A stretch of DNA of 64,000 bases from Candidatus Latescibacterota bacterium (GTDB taxonomy: Bacteria; Latescibacterota; UBA2968; UBA8231): assembly GCA_965221775.1 (NCBI GenBank), contig CBDCSU010000006.1, positions 864,001 to 928,000 on the forward strand. The letters are read 5' to 3'. Of the stretch, positions 9,764 through 19,561 are shown one piece after another. The notes below the pieces were generated by a model. It saw only the letters and a program-made list of their open reading frames with translations. It had not been told where the DNA came from and did no database searches. Made by a program: the position numbers and the translations under genes. Each line of letters begins with the position of its first letter. Position 1 is the stretch's first letter.

Positions 9764-11009
9764 GGGGACCCGGCTCCCGGCCGCCGGTGGCGGCGATCCA
9801 GGCGAAGCGCACGGCGTGGACCGCCAGGGTCGCCGCCATGGCCCAGGCCATGGCCTGGAAGGCGGTTTCCGCCGCCCCGAGGGCGGTGCCGAGCGTGAGG
9901 ATCACCAGGTGGACGTTGCGGCGGGCGGCGATCAGGTGGAAGGCGGCGTCGAGGGGCCGGGCGTCGAACAGCTCGCGGCCGAAGAGGGCCTTGAAGCCGC
10001 CGGTGCAGAGCTTGTCCAGGAGGAAGGCGGCCACCAGGGTCCAGCAGGCGAGGGCGGCCGGCGACGGGGTCAGCAGCCGGCCCTCGGTCAGGTGCCACCC
10101 GAGGGCGAGGAACCACAGCCCGAGGCCGGGCATGGCGGCGGCGTGCTCGAGGGCGCCCATGCGGTCGCTCAGATTGACGGTGAGGCGGGCGAGCTTGCCG
10201 TCCACCGAGTCGAGGAGGACGCCGGCCCAGGCGCACAGGATCCCGGCCCCCAGGCGCCCGGCGGCGAAGCAGGGGACGGCGGCCCAGATGCCGGCGACGG
10301 AGAGCACGGTCAGCAGGTTCGGGGAGACCGTCGTCCGGCTCAGGCGCCGGGTGAGGAAGCGCACGAGGTGGTAGTAGCCGTAGCGGGCGACGACGTCGAT
10401 GACGCCCTTGAAGGTGCGGTGGAACATCCGCCGGTCGATCTGGCGCAACTGCCGCGGATCGGTCAGGCGGATCAGGAAGGGCGGCATGGTGAGCCGCAGC
10501 TCCGGGACATAGCGGTCGAGGTCGCCGGCCTCCACGGCGCGCAGGGGCCCTCCGGGCTCCGGCTCCCAGGGGCCGGCGTCCGCCGCCTCGCCCAGGAGGG
10601 CCGCCGAGGGCAGGTGGGCGGCGCCGGCGCCCTCGCCGCGGACCCGGCAGCCGGGGCCGGCGGCCAGCAGGTGGTCGAGGATCCGGTCGTCGACGACGGT
10701 GTCGCCCTCCAACAGCAGGACCGCGCCCTCGACGTGCTCCGCCAGCCAGCGCCGGGCCTCCCGCGAGCCGGGCACCTCCACGAGTCGGCGCTCCTGCGGG
10801 TGCAGGCGGTCCAGGTCGGGGCGGAAGCGGCCGGCGGAAGCGGCGGTCTCCGGGGTCACGCAGACCACGGCGCGGTCGAGGCCGCGGCGGCAGCCCTCGC
10901 GCAGGTGGCGCTCCACGAGGCTCATGCCCCAGAGGCGCCAGCCGGCGGCCGGGCGCGTGGCGTCGATGCACAGGGTCGGCGGCTGTCCGGGGGCCGCGGG
11001 ATCGTCCAT
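9756..11009 (-). CDS. CDP-alcohol phosphatidyltransferase family protein with N-terminal soluble domain
   Basis: SPNLLT and DSVDGKLAR motifs followed by TM helices. Confidence 0.8.
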   Translation of the reverse strand: MDDPAAPGQPPTLCIDATRPAAGWRLWGMSLVERHLREGCRRGLDRAVVCVTPETAASAGRFRPDLDRLHPQERRLVEVPGSREARRWLAEHVEGAVLLLEGDTVVDDRILDHLLAAGPGCRVRGEGAGAAHLPSAALLGEAADAGPWEPEPGGPLRAVEAGDLDRYVPELRLTMPPFLIRLTDPRQLRQIDRRMFHRTFKGVIDVVARYGYYHLVRFLTRRLSRTTVSPNLLTVLSVAGIWAAVPCFAAGRLGAGILCAWAGVLLDSVDGKLARLTVNLSDRMGALEHAAAMPGLGLWFLALGWHLTEGRLLTPSPAALACWTLVAAFLLDKLCTGGFKALFGRELFDARPLDAAFHLIAARRNVHLVILTLGTALGAAETAFQAMAWAMAATLAVHAVRFAWIAATGGREPGPHG

Positions 11010-11108
11010 GGGAGGGAAGGTGGAGCCGCCGCCGGGCCTCGGCAACCAGCGCCGGAAGCCGGCCGGCCCGGCCTTGAGCATGGGTGCCCGCCTTCGTAGA
11101 GTGCGCCC

Positions 11109-11702
11109 ATGGATCCCTCCGGCCCCCCCTCCCGGGCTCCCCTGCCCGACCCGCTCTCCGTGCGCCGCCTCGGCCTCGTCCTGGTCCTCGTCTCCCTCTC
11201 CGTGTTCTTCGCGGCGGGGCTGGCGATCTTCGCCTTCAGCCACCAGTCGCGCCCCTCCGGAAGCGATCTCTCCCTGCCCCCGGCCCTGTGGCTCTCGACC
11301 CTGCTGCTGCTGCTCTCGGGCCTGGCCGTCGAGGCGGCCGCCCGCCACGCCCGGCAGGCGCGGCTCTCCGAGGTCGGCCGCTGGGTGCGCCTCAGCTTCG
11401 TCCTCGGTCTGCTCTTCACCCTCGCCCAGGTCCTGGGCATGGCCTCCCTCCTGGCCCGGCACGAGCTGTCCCTGTCCACGGGCGCCTTCATCGGCCTGGA
11501 GGGCCTCGCCTTCGCCCTCGTCCTCATCCACGCCGTCCACGTGGCGGCGGGGCTGGTCCTGCTGGGGATGCTGGCGGTGCGCGCCGGCATGGACAGACTC
11601 GGCCTGGAGCACCTGCCGGCGGTGCGCAGCGCCGCCACGTACTGGCACTTCCTCGAGGTCGTCTGGGTGGTCCTGCTGATCGCGTTCTACGCCGCCGGCT
11701 GA
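11109..11702 (+). CDS. Heme-copper oxidase subunit III-like protein
   Basis: HAVHV and YWHFLEVVWVVL motifs, about 5 TM helices. Confidence 0.8.
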   Translation: MDPSGPPSRAPLPDPLSVRRLGLVLVLVSLSVFFAAGLAIFAFSHQSRPSGSDLSLPPALWLSTLLLLLSGLAVEAAARHARQARLSEVGRWVRLSFVLGLLFTLAQVLGMASLLARHELSLSTGAFIGLEGLAFALVLIHAVHVAAGLVLLGMLAVRAGMDRLGLEHLPAVRSAATYWHFLEVVWVVLLIAFYAAG

Positions 11703-11712
11703 GCCGCCCGGC

Positions 11713-12738
11713 TCACGGCGTCGGCGCGTCCGCCCGGATCAGGCCCTCCGCCTTCAGCTCCGCCCACAGGTCCGCCGGTATCGGGCGGCTCCACGAGTCC
11801 AGGTTCGACCTCACCTGGTCCGGGTGCACGGCCCCGGGGATCACCGCCGAGACCAGCGGATGGGCGAGAGGGAACTGGATCGCCGCCGCCGGCAGCGGCA
11901 CCTCGTGGCGATCGCAGACCGCCTGGATGCGCCGCGCCTTGTCGAGGATCTCGGGGGACGCCGGACCGTAGGCGTACGTGGCGCCCTCCTTCGGGCCCGT
12001 CACCAGGATCCCGGAGGCGAAGGGGGCGCCGATGACGACGCTCACGCCGCGCTCCTGGCAGAGGGGGAACTCCTCGTCGAGGACGTCCTGATCCAGCAGC
12101 GTGTAGGGCATGGCGACGATGAAGAAGTCGAGGTCGACGAGGTCGATCAGGCGCGGGATGGCGGGCCTCACGTTGATGCCGGCGCCGATGGCGCCGATGC
12201 GGCCGTCGCGGCGCAGCTCCTCGAGAGCGCGGGCGCCGCTGGCGTAGAGCTGCGCCTCGTGGGCCGAGAGCCGCTGCTCGGTGGTCTGCACGAGACTGTC
12301 GAGGTCGTGGACCAGCAGCAGGTCGATGGAGGGCAGGCCGAGGCGCTGGAGGCTGTCCTCCCACGAGCGCATGATGCCGTCGTAGGTGTAGTCGTAGCGG
12401 AACTCGAAGGGCAGTCCGCCGGTCCAGACGCCGCGGTCGAAGCGCTCCAGGTTTCGGGCGGCCTGGAAGACGCGGCCCACCTTGGTGGAGAGCACGTACC
12501 GCGAGCGCTCCTGCCGCCGCAGGAAGTCGCCCGTGCGGTGCTCTGAGAGGCCGTGGCCGTAGTACGGGGCGGTGTCGAAGAGGCGCATGCCGCCCTCCCA
12601 GGCGGCGGCGAGCGTCGCCTGCGCCTGGTCGTCCGGCACGCCCTCGAACAGCTCGCCGAGGTGAGCGCCGCCGAAACCGACCTCGGTGACGGTGACGCCG
12701 GTCTTTCCGATCCTGCGTTGGGAGAGGGTTTTCGTCAT
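11713..12738 (-). CDS. Aldo/keto reductase (D-threo-aldose dehydrogenase-like)
   Basis: FDTAPYYGHGLSE, LSTKVGR, SLQRLG. Confidence 0.9.
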   Translation of the reverse strand: MTKTLSQRRIGKTGVTVTEVGFGGAHLGELFEGVPDDQAQATLAAAWEGGMRLFDTAPYYGHGLSEHRTGDFLRRQERSRYVLSTKVGRVFQAARNLERFDRGVWTGGLPFEFRYDYTYDGIMRSWEDSLQRLGLPSIDLLLVHDLDSLVQTTEQRLSAHEAQLYASGARALEELRRDGRIGAIGAGINVRPAIPRLIDLVDLDFFIVAMPYTLLDQDVLDEEFPLCQERGVSVVIGAPFASGILVTGPKEGATYAYGPASPEILDKARRIQAVCDRHEVPLPAAAIQFPLAHPLVSAVIPGAVHPDQVRSNLDSWSRPIPADLWAELKAEGLIRADAPTP

Positions 12739-12838
12739 CGGATCCTCGGTTCGGGTCTTGGCCGAAGGCCCTTTTGAGGCTGCCGCCGGGCTCACGTTAC
12801 ATTCCCCGCATACCGCTCACAAGAGACGAAGGAGAACC

Positions 12839-13966
12839 ATGGACCTGCACCGAAGGTACGGCCTGCGCCGCGTGATCAACGCCTGCGGCAAGATGACCCA
12901 CCTTGGGGGCGCCATCGTGCTGCCCGAGATCGCCGCCGCCGCCGCCGAGTCGATGCGCCACTTCTTCGTCCTCGACGAGCTGCAGGCCGCCGCCGGGCGC
13001 GCCATCGCCGCTTCCTCCGGCGCCGAGAGCGGCTGCGTCACCGCCTGCAGCGCCGCCGGCATCACCCTCGGCGTGGCCGCGTCGATGACGGGGGCCAACC
13101 TGCCCAAGGTCCTGCAGCTGCCCGACACCACCGGCCTTCCCGACCGGGTGCTGATCCAGAAGGGGCACTGCGTCAACTACGGCCAGCCGGTGACCCAGGC
13201 GATCCGCCTGGCCGGGGCCCGCCCCGTGGAGCTGGGATCGGTGAACCGCTGCACCGAGGAGGAGCTGGTGGAGGGGCTGTCCGGCGAGGGCGTGACCGCC
13301 GTGCTCCACATCGAGTCCTTCCACACGGTGCAGTTCGGCTGGGTGCCGCTGCCCCGCGTCGTCGCCCTGGCCCACGAGCACGGCGTGCCCGTCATCGTCG
13401 ACGGCGCCGCCCAGGACCTGCGCCTGCGCGGGCTGATCGCCACCGGCGCCGACCTGGTGATCACATCGGCCCACAAGTTCCTGTGCGCCACCACCGGCGG
13501 CATCGTCGCCGGGCGCAAGGAAATGGTGGACGCCGTCTACCTGCAGAACCGCGGCATCGGCCGCCCCATGAAGGCCGGCAAGGAGGCGATCGTCGGCGCC
13601 ATGGCCGGCCTGGAGTACCGCGAGGCCGAGGACGTGGCCGCCTGGACGGCGGAGCAGGACCGGCGCGTGCGGCGCATCCTCGACCGCCTGGCGCCGGTGC
13701 CGGGACTGGCCCTGGGCGTCGATCCCGACGCCAACGGCTGCCCCTTCTCGCGCGCCCGCCTGACGCCCGACCCCGGGACCACCGGCCACACCGCCGCCTC
13801 CCTCGCCGAGGCGCTGGCCGAGGGCGATCCCACCGTCGTCGTCCGCGCCCACCACACCGACCAGGGCTACATCTGGCTCGACGCCATCGAGATGACCGAC
13901 GACGAGATCGACCATACCTGCGACAAGGTGGAGCGGATCCTCACGCAGAAGAGCCCGGCCTCGTGA
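12839..13966 (+). CDS. SelA/DgaE-family PLP-dependent enzyme
   Basis: RVINACGKMTHLG, VDGAAQ, SAHK (PLP lysine), GIGRPMKAGKE. RBS AAGGAG upstream. Confidence 0.85.
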   Translation: MDLHRRYGLRRVINACGKMTHLGGAIVLPEIAAAAAESMRHFFVLDELQAAAGRAIAASSGAESGCVTACSAAGITLGVAASMTGANLPKVLQLPDTTGLPDRVLIQKGHCVNYGQPVTQAIRLAGARPVELGSVNRCTEEELVEGLSGEGVTAVLHIESFHTVQFGWVPLPRVVALAHEHGVPVIVDGAAQDLRLRGLIATGADLVITSAHKFLCATTGGIVAGRKEMVDAVYLQNRGIGRPMKAGKEAIVGAMAGLEYREAEDVAAWTAEQDRRVRRILDRLAPVPGLALGVDPDANGCPFSRARLTPDPGTTGHTAASLAEALAEGDPTVVVRAHHTDQGYIWLDAIEMTDDEIDHTCDKVERILTQKSPAS

Positions 13967-14703
13967 AGGTCCTGCTCGTGGGCGGCTCCGGCCACGTGGG
14001 CACCCTCGTCACGCCCTACCTGCAACAGGTCCACGAACTGCGCGTCCTCGACCTGGCGCCGCCGTCCCGCGACGTCGACTTCGTCGAGGGCTCCATCGCC
14101 GATCCCGAGGCCCTGGCCGGCGCCCTGGACGGAATGGACACCTTCATCACCATGGTCATGAAGGGCGGCCAGGGCGGGTTCACCCGCGACCACACGCCGC
14201 AGCTGGCCATCGACAACTACACCGTCAACTGCCTCGGCCTGCACCTGCTGCTGCTCGCCGCCCACGACCTCGGCATCCACTGCGGCATCCACACCGGCAC
14301 CATGAGCCAGCACCACCGCGGCCGGGAATGGTACCCCGGCGAGGACCACGTGCCCCTCGACGGCCCCAACGTGTACGGCCTCACCAAGGGCCTGGCCGAG
14401 GGCATCTGCCGCTACTTCGCGCGCGAGTTCCGGATGAACCTGGCCGTCTTCCGCATCACCGGCCCGTCGACGCGGGAACGCTTCATCGAGCGCCGCAACA
14501 GCCCGCCCGTGGCCGGCGTCGTGCCCACCGACGAGGAGGACCTGGCCCGGGCCTACCTGGCCGGCCTCGACTTCGTGCGCGAGGGCCGCGGCCGCTTCGA
14601 CGCCTTCTTCATCGCCGGCGACGAGAACAACCGGGAGGTCAACCTCTCCAAGGCCCGGGCCCTGCTCGGGTGGGAGCCGCGGAGCCACCTGCTGCTGCCC
14701 TGA
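13963..14703 (+). CDS. NAD-dependent epimerase/dehydratase family (uronate dehydrogenase-like)
   Basis: GGSGHVG Rossmann motif and YGLTK (YxxxK). Confidence 0.85.
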   Translation: MKVLLVGGSGHVGTLVTPYLQQVHELRVLDLAPPSRDVDFVEGSIADPEALAGALDGMDTFITMVMKGGQGGFTRDHTPQLAIDNYTVNCLGLHLLLLAAHDLGIHCGIHTGTMSQHHRGREWYPGEDHVPLDGPNVYGLTKGLAEGICRYFAREFRMNLAVFRITGPSTRERFIERRNSPPVAGVVPTDEEDLARAYLAGLDFVREGRGRFDAFFIAGDENNREVNLSKARALLGWEPRSHLLLP

Positions 14704-14778
14704 CACCCGGCGCCTTGACCTGGTTCAGGCCGCCCGGGTAGCTTCGCCTCAGACCCCTTTCCTTCCGGAGGATTCCCC

Positions 14779-15879
14779 ATGAGTCATCCCGCCGTCGGCC
14801 AACCGGCCCCACCGATCGACGTAGCTGAATGGATATCCGGCAGACCGGAGGGCGAGGAGGTGCTCGCCGGGAAGAATGTGATCCTCGAATTCTGGGGGAC
14901 CCACTGCGGTCCCTGCATCAGCGCCATCCCCCACCTCAATGAACTCGCCTCCACCTACGGAGGTCCGGAGACGCTGTTCGTCTCCCTGAGCCCGGAAGAC
15001 GCTCGCACCATCGAGCGCTTCCTAGAGAAGCGGCCCATCAAGGGCTCGGTCGCTGTCGATCGTGAGCGCGCGACCTTCGACGCCTACGGGATACGCAGCA
15101 TCCCCCGCACCTTCCTCATCGACGCGAAGGGGCTGCTCCGCTGGCACGGCCATCCCAATCACTTCAAGGCGGAACTGCTGGAGACGTTTCTGCGAGAGGA
15201 CCGGGTCCCCGAGGTGGCCGAACCTGCCGCACCGCCGGAGACCGCGCCCGTGGAAGCCCCGGATGCTCCCTTCTTCCTGCGGATCGACCGGAATGCCTCC
15301 GACCGCAGGGAGTACGGCTCATGCAACGGCGATGGACGTTTCGAGGCCGAGTTCCACGGGTGCCGGGCGGTGGTGGTGATCCGCGATCTGCTGGATCACC
15401 CCGGCTCCCGGCTCCGGATCGAGGGGAAGGAGCCGGAGGACCTGTGGGACGTGGAGCTGCGTTCCGCCAGCCCCCTGGATCCGGAGGCCGCAAAGCAGAG
15501 AGCCGTGGACGTGCTCTGCGACCTGTCGGGGGTCACGATCTCTCGTGAGTTGGAAGAGCGGGAAGGATGGAGGCTGACCTGTGACCAGCCGCGGATGACA
15601 GACATGTCGGACCTCGGTGGCGGCATGTCCACCCAGACATCACAAACACAGTTCACAGGCTCCAACATCACGATCGATCAGCTCGTCCATCATCTCGAGA
15701 GATCCACGGACGGAACCTTCTTCAACGAGACGCGGCTGCAGGGGAAGTACGACTTCACACTGCCTCTCGAACCCCTCGATGAGACACGGCGAGTGCTGGA
15801 AGAGGAGTACGGCATCGAGGTCGAGGCCGAGGTCCGCGCAGTGGAGATCGTGACTCTCCGCATCGTCGGCGACGCCTGA
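14779..15879 (+). CDS. TlpA-like thioredoxin domain fused to TIGR03435/DUF3738-like domain
   Basis: EFWGTHCGPC (CxxC), and a C-terminal NETRLQGKYDFTL motif. Confidence 0.7.
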   Translation: MSHPAVGQPAPPIDVAEWISGRPEGEEVLAGKNVILEFWGTHCGPCISAIPHLNELASTYGGPETLFVSLSPEDARTIERFLEKRPIKGSVAVDRERATFDAYGIRSIPRTFLIDAKGLLRWHGHPNHFKAELLETFLREDRVPEVAEPAAPPETAPVEAPDAPFFLRIDRNASDRREYGSCNGDGRFEAEFHGCRAVVVIRDLLDHPGSRLRIEGKEPEDLWDVELRSASPLDPEAAKQRAVDVLCDLSGVTISRELEEREGWRLTCDQPRMTDMSDLGGGMSTQTSQTQFTGSNITIDQLVHHLERSTDGTFFNETRLQGKYDFTLPLEPLDETRRVLEEEYGIEVEAEVRAVEIVTLRIVGDA

Positions 15880-15990
15880 ACCGGTCCCCGAACGCCTGAC
15901 CCGGGATAGGCGGCCCACCCGGCCACCCCCGCACCCCCGATCTTCGCCTATATTCCCGCCTCCCCCTCACGCACGGGAGCACCTGCCCAC

Positions 15991-17556
15991 ATGCATCTGC
16001 ACTGGTTCGACTTCCTCATCGTCCTCGTCTACGTGGGCGGCACGATCACCGCCGGCCTGCTGGCGCGCTCGGCGATCCGGGGCATCTCCGACTTCCTCGT
16101 CGCCGGCCGCAGCCTGAGAACGCACATGGCCGTGGCCACCATGGTCTCCACCGGCCTCGGCCTGGTGACGGTCATGTATTTCGCCGAGGAGGGCTTCGTC
16201 AACGGCTTCTCGCCCTTCCTCCTCGGGGTCATGGCCACCGGCGCCCACATCGTCATCGGCAAGACCGGCTTCCTCGTGAGCCGGCTGCGGCACCTGCGCA
16301 TCATGACGGTGCCGGAGATGTACGAACTGAAGTACTCCCGGGGCGTGCGCCTCCTCGGCGGCTGCATCCTCGGCCTGGCGGGCACCCTCAACATGAGCCT
16401 CTTCCCCATCCTCGGCTCCAAGTTCGTCGTCGGCTTCACCGGCATGCCGGAGAGCTGGACGAACCCCGTGATGATCGCCCTGCTCATCATCGTCGTGTTC
16501 TACACCCTCATGGGCGGCATGATCTCGGTGGTGCTCACCGACTTCGCCCAGTTCGTGCTGCTCACGCTGGGGTTCTTCCTCGGCACGTTCTTCATCCTCA
16601 ACCACCCGGACCTCGGCTTCGGCACCATTGTCAGCTCGCTGGAAACACACAAGGGGGCGGCCGCCTTCGACCCCATAGGCAACCCCTCCTACGGCTGGTA
16701 CTTCATCATCTACTTCCTGTGCGTCTCCTTCGTCGGCATCGTCTGGCAGCCGGAGATGTCGCGGCCCCTGTCGGCCGAGGACGCCCGCGTGGCGCGGCGC
16801 ATCTTCTGGATCCAGGGGCTGACCTCGGCCGGCCGCGCCGTGGTGCCCATGTTCTGGGGCGCCGCCGCCTTCGCCTGGACGCGGCTGCCCTCGTACGCCG
16901 GCGCCTACGCCCAGGACGGCCAGTCGGCGGTGCCGGAGATGCTCGGCCAGATCCTGCCCGCAGGCGCCGCGGGCCTGCTGCTGGCGGGCATGTTCGCCGC
17001 CTTCATGTCGACCCACGACTCCTACCTGCTGGCGTGGAGCGGCGTCATCGTGCGCGACGTCATCTCGCCGATCAAGGCGATGCGCGCCGGCAGCGCCCAG
17101 CAGCGCCACGGCGACGACACCTGGGGCGGGCTGAGCAGCCGCGAGGAGATCTACTGGACGCGGGCGATCATCATCTGCCTGGCCGTGCTGCTGGCGCTGT
17201 TCGGCATCTTCTTCATCGACCGCCTGCCCGAGACGGCGATGAAGTTCATGTACCTCACCGGCACCATCTACTTCGCCGGCACCGTGGGCACCGTGGTCCT
17301 CGGCCTCTACTGGAAGAAGGCCAACCGCGTCGGCGCCTACTGCGCCCTGATCCTGGGCGCCACCGGGCCCCTCAACTTCCTGATCATGGCCGTCTTCCCC
17401 GAGCTGGTGCCCGAGGCCCTGCGCGGCTTCGTGGAGAACTCGAACCTGACCAACTTCTCGAGCCTGATCCTCGGGGGCCTGGGCATGATCGTGGGCTCGC
17501 TGCTGACGCAGAAGAAGTACCCGCCCCGCCACATCGACTTCAGCGACATGGAGTGA
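15991..17556 (+). CDS. Sodium:solute symporter family protein
   Basis: DFLVAGRSL, TLMGGMISVVLTD, AAFMSTHDS and many TM helices. Confidence 0.9.
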   Translation: MHLHWFDFLIVLVYVGGTITAGLLARSAIRGISDFLVAGRSLRTHMAVATMVSTGLGLVTVMYFAEEGFVNGFSPFLLGVMATGAHIVIGKTGFLVSRLRHLRIMTVPEMYELKYSRGVRLLGGCILGLAGTLNMSLFPILGSKFVVGFTGMPESWTNPVMIALLIIVVFYTLMGGMISVVLTDFAQFVLLTLGFFLGTFFILNHPDLGFGTIVSSLETHKGAAAFDPIGNPSYGWYFIIYFLCVSFVGIVWQPEMSRPLSAEDARVARRIFWIQGLTSAGRAVVPMFWGAAAFAWTRLPSYAGAYAQDGQSAVPEMLGQILPAGAAGLLLAGMFAAFMSTHDSYLLAWSGVIVRDVISPIKAMRAGSAQQRHGDDTWGGLSSREEIYWTRAIIICLAVLLALFGIFFIDRLPETAMKFMYLTGTIYFAGTVGTVVLGLYWKKANRVGAYCALILGATGPLNFLIMAVFPELVPEALRGFVENSNLTNFSSLILGGLGMIVGSLLTQKKYPPRHIDFSDME

Positions 17557-17561
17557 GAGCG

Positions 17562-17714
17562 ATGGAAGCCACCACCTGGATCAGCATCTGGAAGGTCGTG
17601 TTCCTGCTGGCCTGCGCCATGTTCTACGTCACCGTCGCCATCGTCGCCATGAGGGGGTTCGGGGACGTGGCGGCCATGATCCGTGCGATGATCGCCCGGG
17701 CGCGGGAGTCGTAG
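17562..17714 (+). CDS. Small membrane protein, probable symporter accessory
   Basis: 50-aa hydrophobic ORF 5 nt after the symporter stop, GGAG upstream. Confidence 0.6.
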   Translation: MEATTWISIWKVVFLLACAMFYVTVAIVAMRGFGDVAAMIRAMIARARES

Positions 17715-17781
17715 GGAACGGCCAGGGGCTCGGGAGGGCTGCCACCTCCCGGGCCGTCGCTTCACCAAGGAGGGAGGCACC

Positions 17782-18705
17782 ATGCGCACCTTCCTCGTTT
17801 CCCTCATGACCTTGGCGTCCCTCCTGGGGCTCGCCAGCGTCACCCACTCCCACGTCGGCGACCAGGTCTACTTCTTCCACGAGCTGCTCGACGAGGACCT
17901 GGACCGCATCGATCTGACCGACGGCAGCGTCGAGGACTGGCTCGAGGTCGTCGGCGAGCCCTCGCTGACGGCCAGCGATTTCTACTGGCTCTTCGGTGCG
18001 TACGATCTATCGGACTTGGACTTCCGCATCTGGCTCGCCTGGCACCAGGGCAGCGGTACTCTCTGGGTCGCCATGGAGCGCTTCGACGATCTCTACCTCA
18101 ACAACTACGACGGGGCCGGCCTCCACGAGATGGTGGGCTGGGACTCCAGTATCGCCTTCATGGTCGACGGTGATCACACCGGCGGGATCTACGGCCAGCT
18201 GCTCGGGATCAACTGCGAAGAATGCACGGACGAGCAAGTCCTGTGGAACCACCGGCAGGCGCAGCGGTGGATGGCGATCGCCGCGGCGCCCGGCGGCGGC
18301 GACATCCTGGACTACGACGGCGCCAGTGACTGGGTGATCCGGGCGCCGTATGCCGCAGCCGGCGGCGGGGTCATGGGCGAGAGCCCTGCGACGACGGTTA
18401 CCGAGTTCATGTTGACCCCCTTTGACGACCTCATCTACAACGACGAGGAGGCGTCCACGCCCTCCGAACTCTACCCCGGCAAGGTCATCGGGTTTTCGAT
18501 CTCAATGTGGGACAACGATGCTGTGGCTTGGGGAGGGCCCGCGCGTGTATCAATTTCGCTATCTGGCAATTGGCAGGTGATGATCAAGGCGGATCTCTTC
18601 TCCGACGGTTTACTCGTCGGCGCCGGGGAAGACCCCTCCCGCTACGACGACGTCTCCGCCGTGGAACCGTCCTCCTGGGGGCGGATCAAGGCCAGCTTCA
18701 AGTAG
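17782..18705 (+). CDS. Secreted CBM9-like protein with C-terminal SAVEPSSWGRIK motif
   Basis: Signal peptide, DGSVEDW, GKVIGFSISMWDND. Strong RBS GGAGG. Confidence 0.7.
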   Translation: MRTFLVSLMTLASLLGLASVTHSHVGDQVYFFHELLDEDLDRIDLTDGSVEDWLEVVGEPSLTASDFYWLFGAYDLSDLDFRIWLAWHQGSGTLWVAMERFDDLYLNNYDGAGLHEMVGWDSSIAFMVDGDHTGGIYGQLLGINCEECTDEQVLWNHRQAQRWMAIAAAPGGGDILDYDGASDWVIRAPYAAAGGGVMGESPATTVTEFMLTPFDDLIYNDEEASTPSELYPGKVIGFSISMWDNDAVAWGGPARVSISLSGNWQVMIKADLFSDGLLVGAGEDPSRYDDVSAVEPSSWGRIKASFK

Positions 18706-18880
18706 CTGGGTCATAGGACCGCCGACACGCGCCCCGGACTCGGCTTCAAGCAAGGAGGAGCACGATGCGAGTGCCGCACTTTCTGCTGCTGGCTCAGTTC
18801 CTGGCAACCTCTCAAGCACGAGGAATCTCACAGCCGCAGGGGAGGTATGGCTCGTGGTGAGAGAGACGAACGAGGGCTGA

Positions 18881-19420
18881 ATGACGTCGATAGCGGGGGT
18901 AGTCACTGGCTTGGCGCTGCTGGTTGGCGGCGCTGTCATGCACGATGAGAACTACGCCAAGGACGATCCTCGCCTTCGCCGCATGAAGATTCATGAGCAG
19001 AAGGAGCACGTTGGTTACCTCCTCGGAGCGGCAGGGGGAGCTCTCTTCTCCCTGTCTCTCCAGGAGATACTGGACAGACGGACCGAGATAACCCTTGGCC
19101 CGACTCTTGTGAGAACAACCCTGGGGAGCGGACTCGTGTGGATCGGACTACTGACCCACGAAGATCCCCATAGAGGAGATCGGGATACGAGGATGGCCTA
19201 TGAGACACAGAAGACGAATGACCTTCAGGAGCACTTCGGCTACCTTCTCGGCCCCCTGGGAGCCGCTGCTGCAGCCCTCTCGGTCAAGGGCTATCAGAAT
19301 CACCGTAGCCAATCCAAGGCCCTCGTGGACACGCCCTCTTTCAGCATCCCGCCAGGCCTCCTACCCTCTATCAAGAGGACTCCTCAGAGGTTCGGAGAAA
19401 CCCCTGTAGCCCTTCGCTAG
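18881..19420 (+). CDS. Hypothetical membrane protein (lower GC)
   Basis: 179-aa ORF with an internal repeat (EHVGYLLG / EHFGYLLG). Start uncertain. Confidence 0.4.
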   Translation: MTSIAGVVTGLALLVGGAVMHDENYAKDDPRLRRMKIHEQKEHVGYLLGAAGGALFSLSLQEILDRRTEITLGPTLVRTTLGSGLVWIGLLTHEDPHRGDRDTRMAYETQKTNDLQEHFGYLLGPLGAAAAALSVKGYQNHRSQSKALVDTPSFSIPPGLLPSIKRTPQRFGETPVALR

Positions 19421-19440
19421 TGCTCCGATTAGGTATCATA

Positions 19441-19525
19441 CAAGGTCATCGGCTTCACCATCAGCACGAGAGACAACGACGCCACCGACGGAATGGGGCG
19501 CCAGCACTACTACCTTCAGCTTGGC
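19441..19525 (+). pseudogene. 3' fragment of another paralog of the 17782 family
   Basis: Encodes KVIGFTISTRDND, matching KVIGFSISMWDND of the 17782 gene. Confidence 0.5.
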
Positions 19526-19561
19526 CGATCTTTAGGACCTCCACTTCAGCGAGCAAACACC

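Noticed and set aside
18765-18860. Short ORF with strong RBS as frameshifted N-terminus of the 18881 gene
   Set aside because: An in-frame stop lies directly before 18881, so a single frameshift cannot join them.
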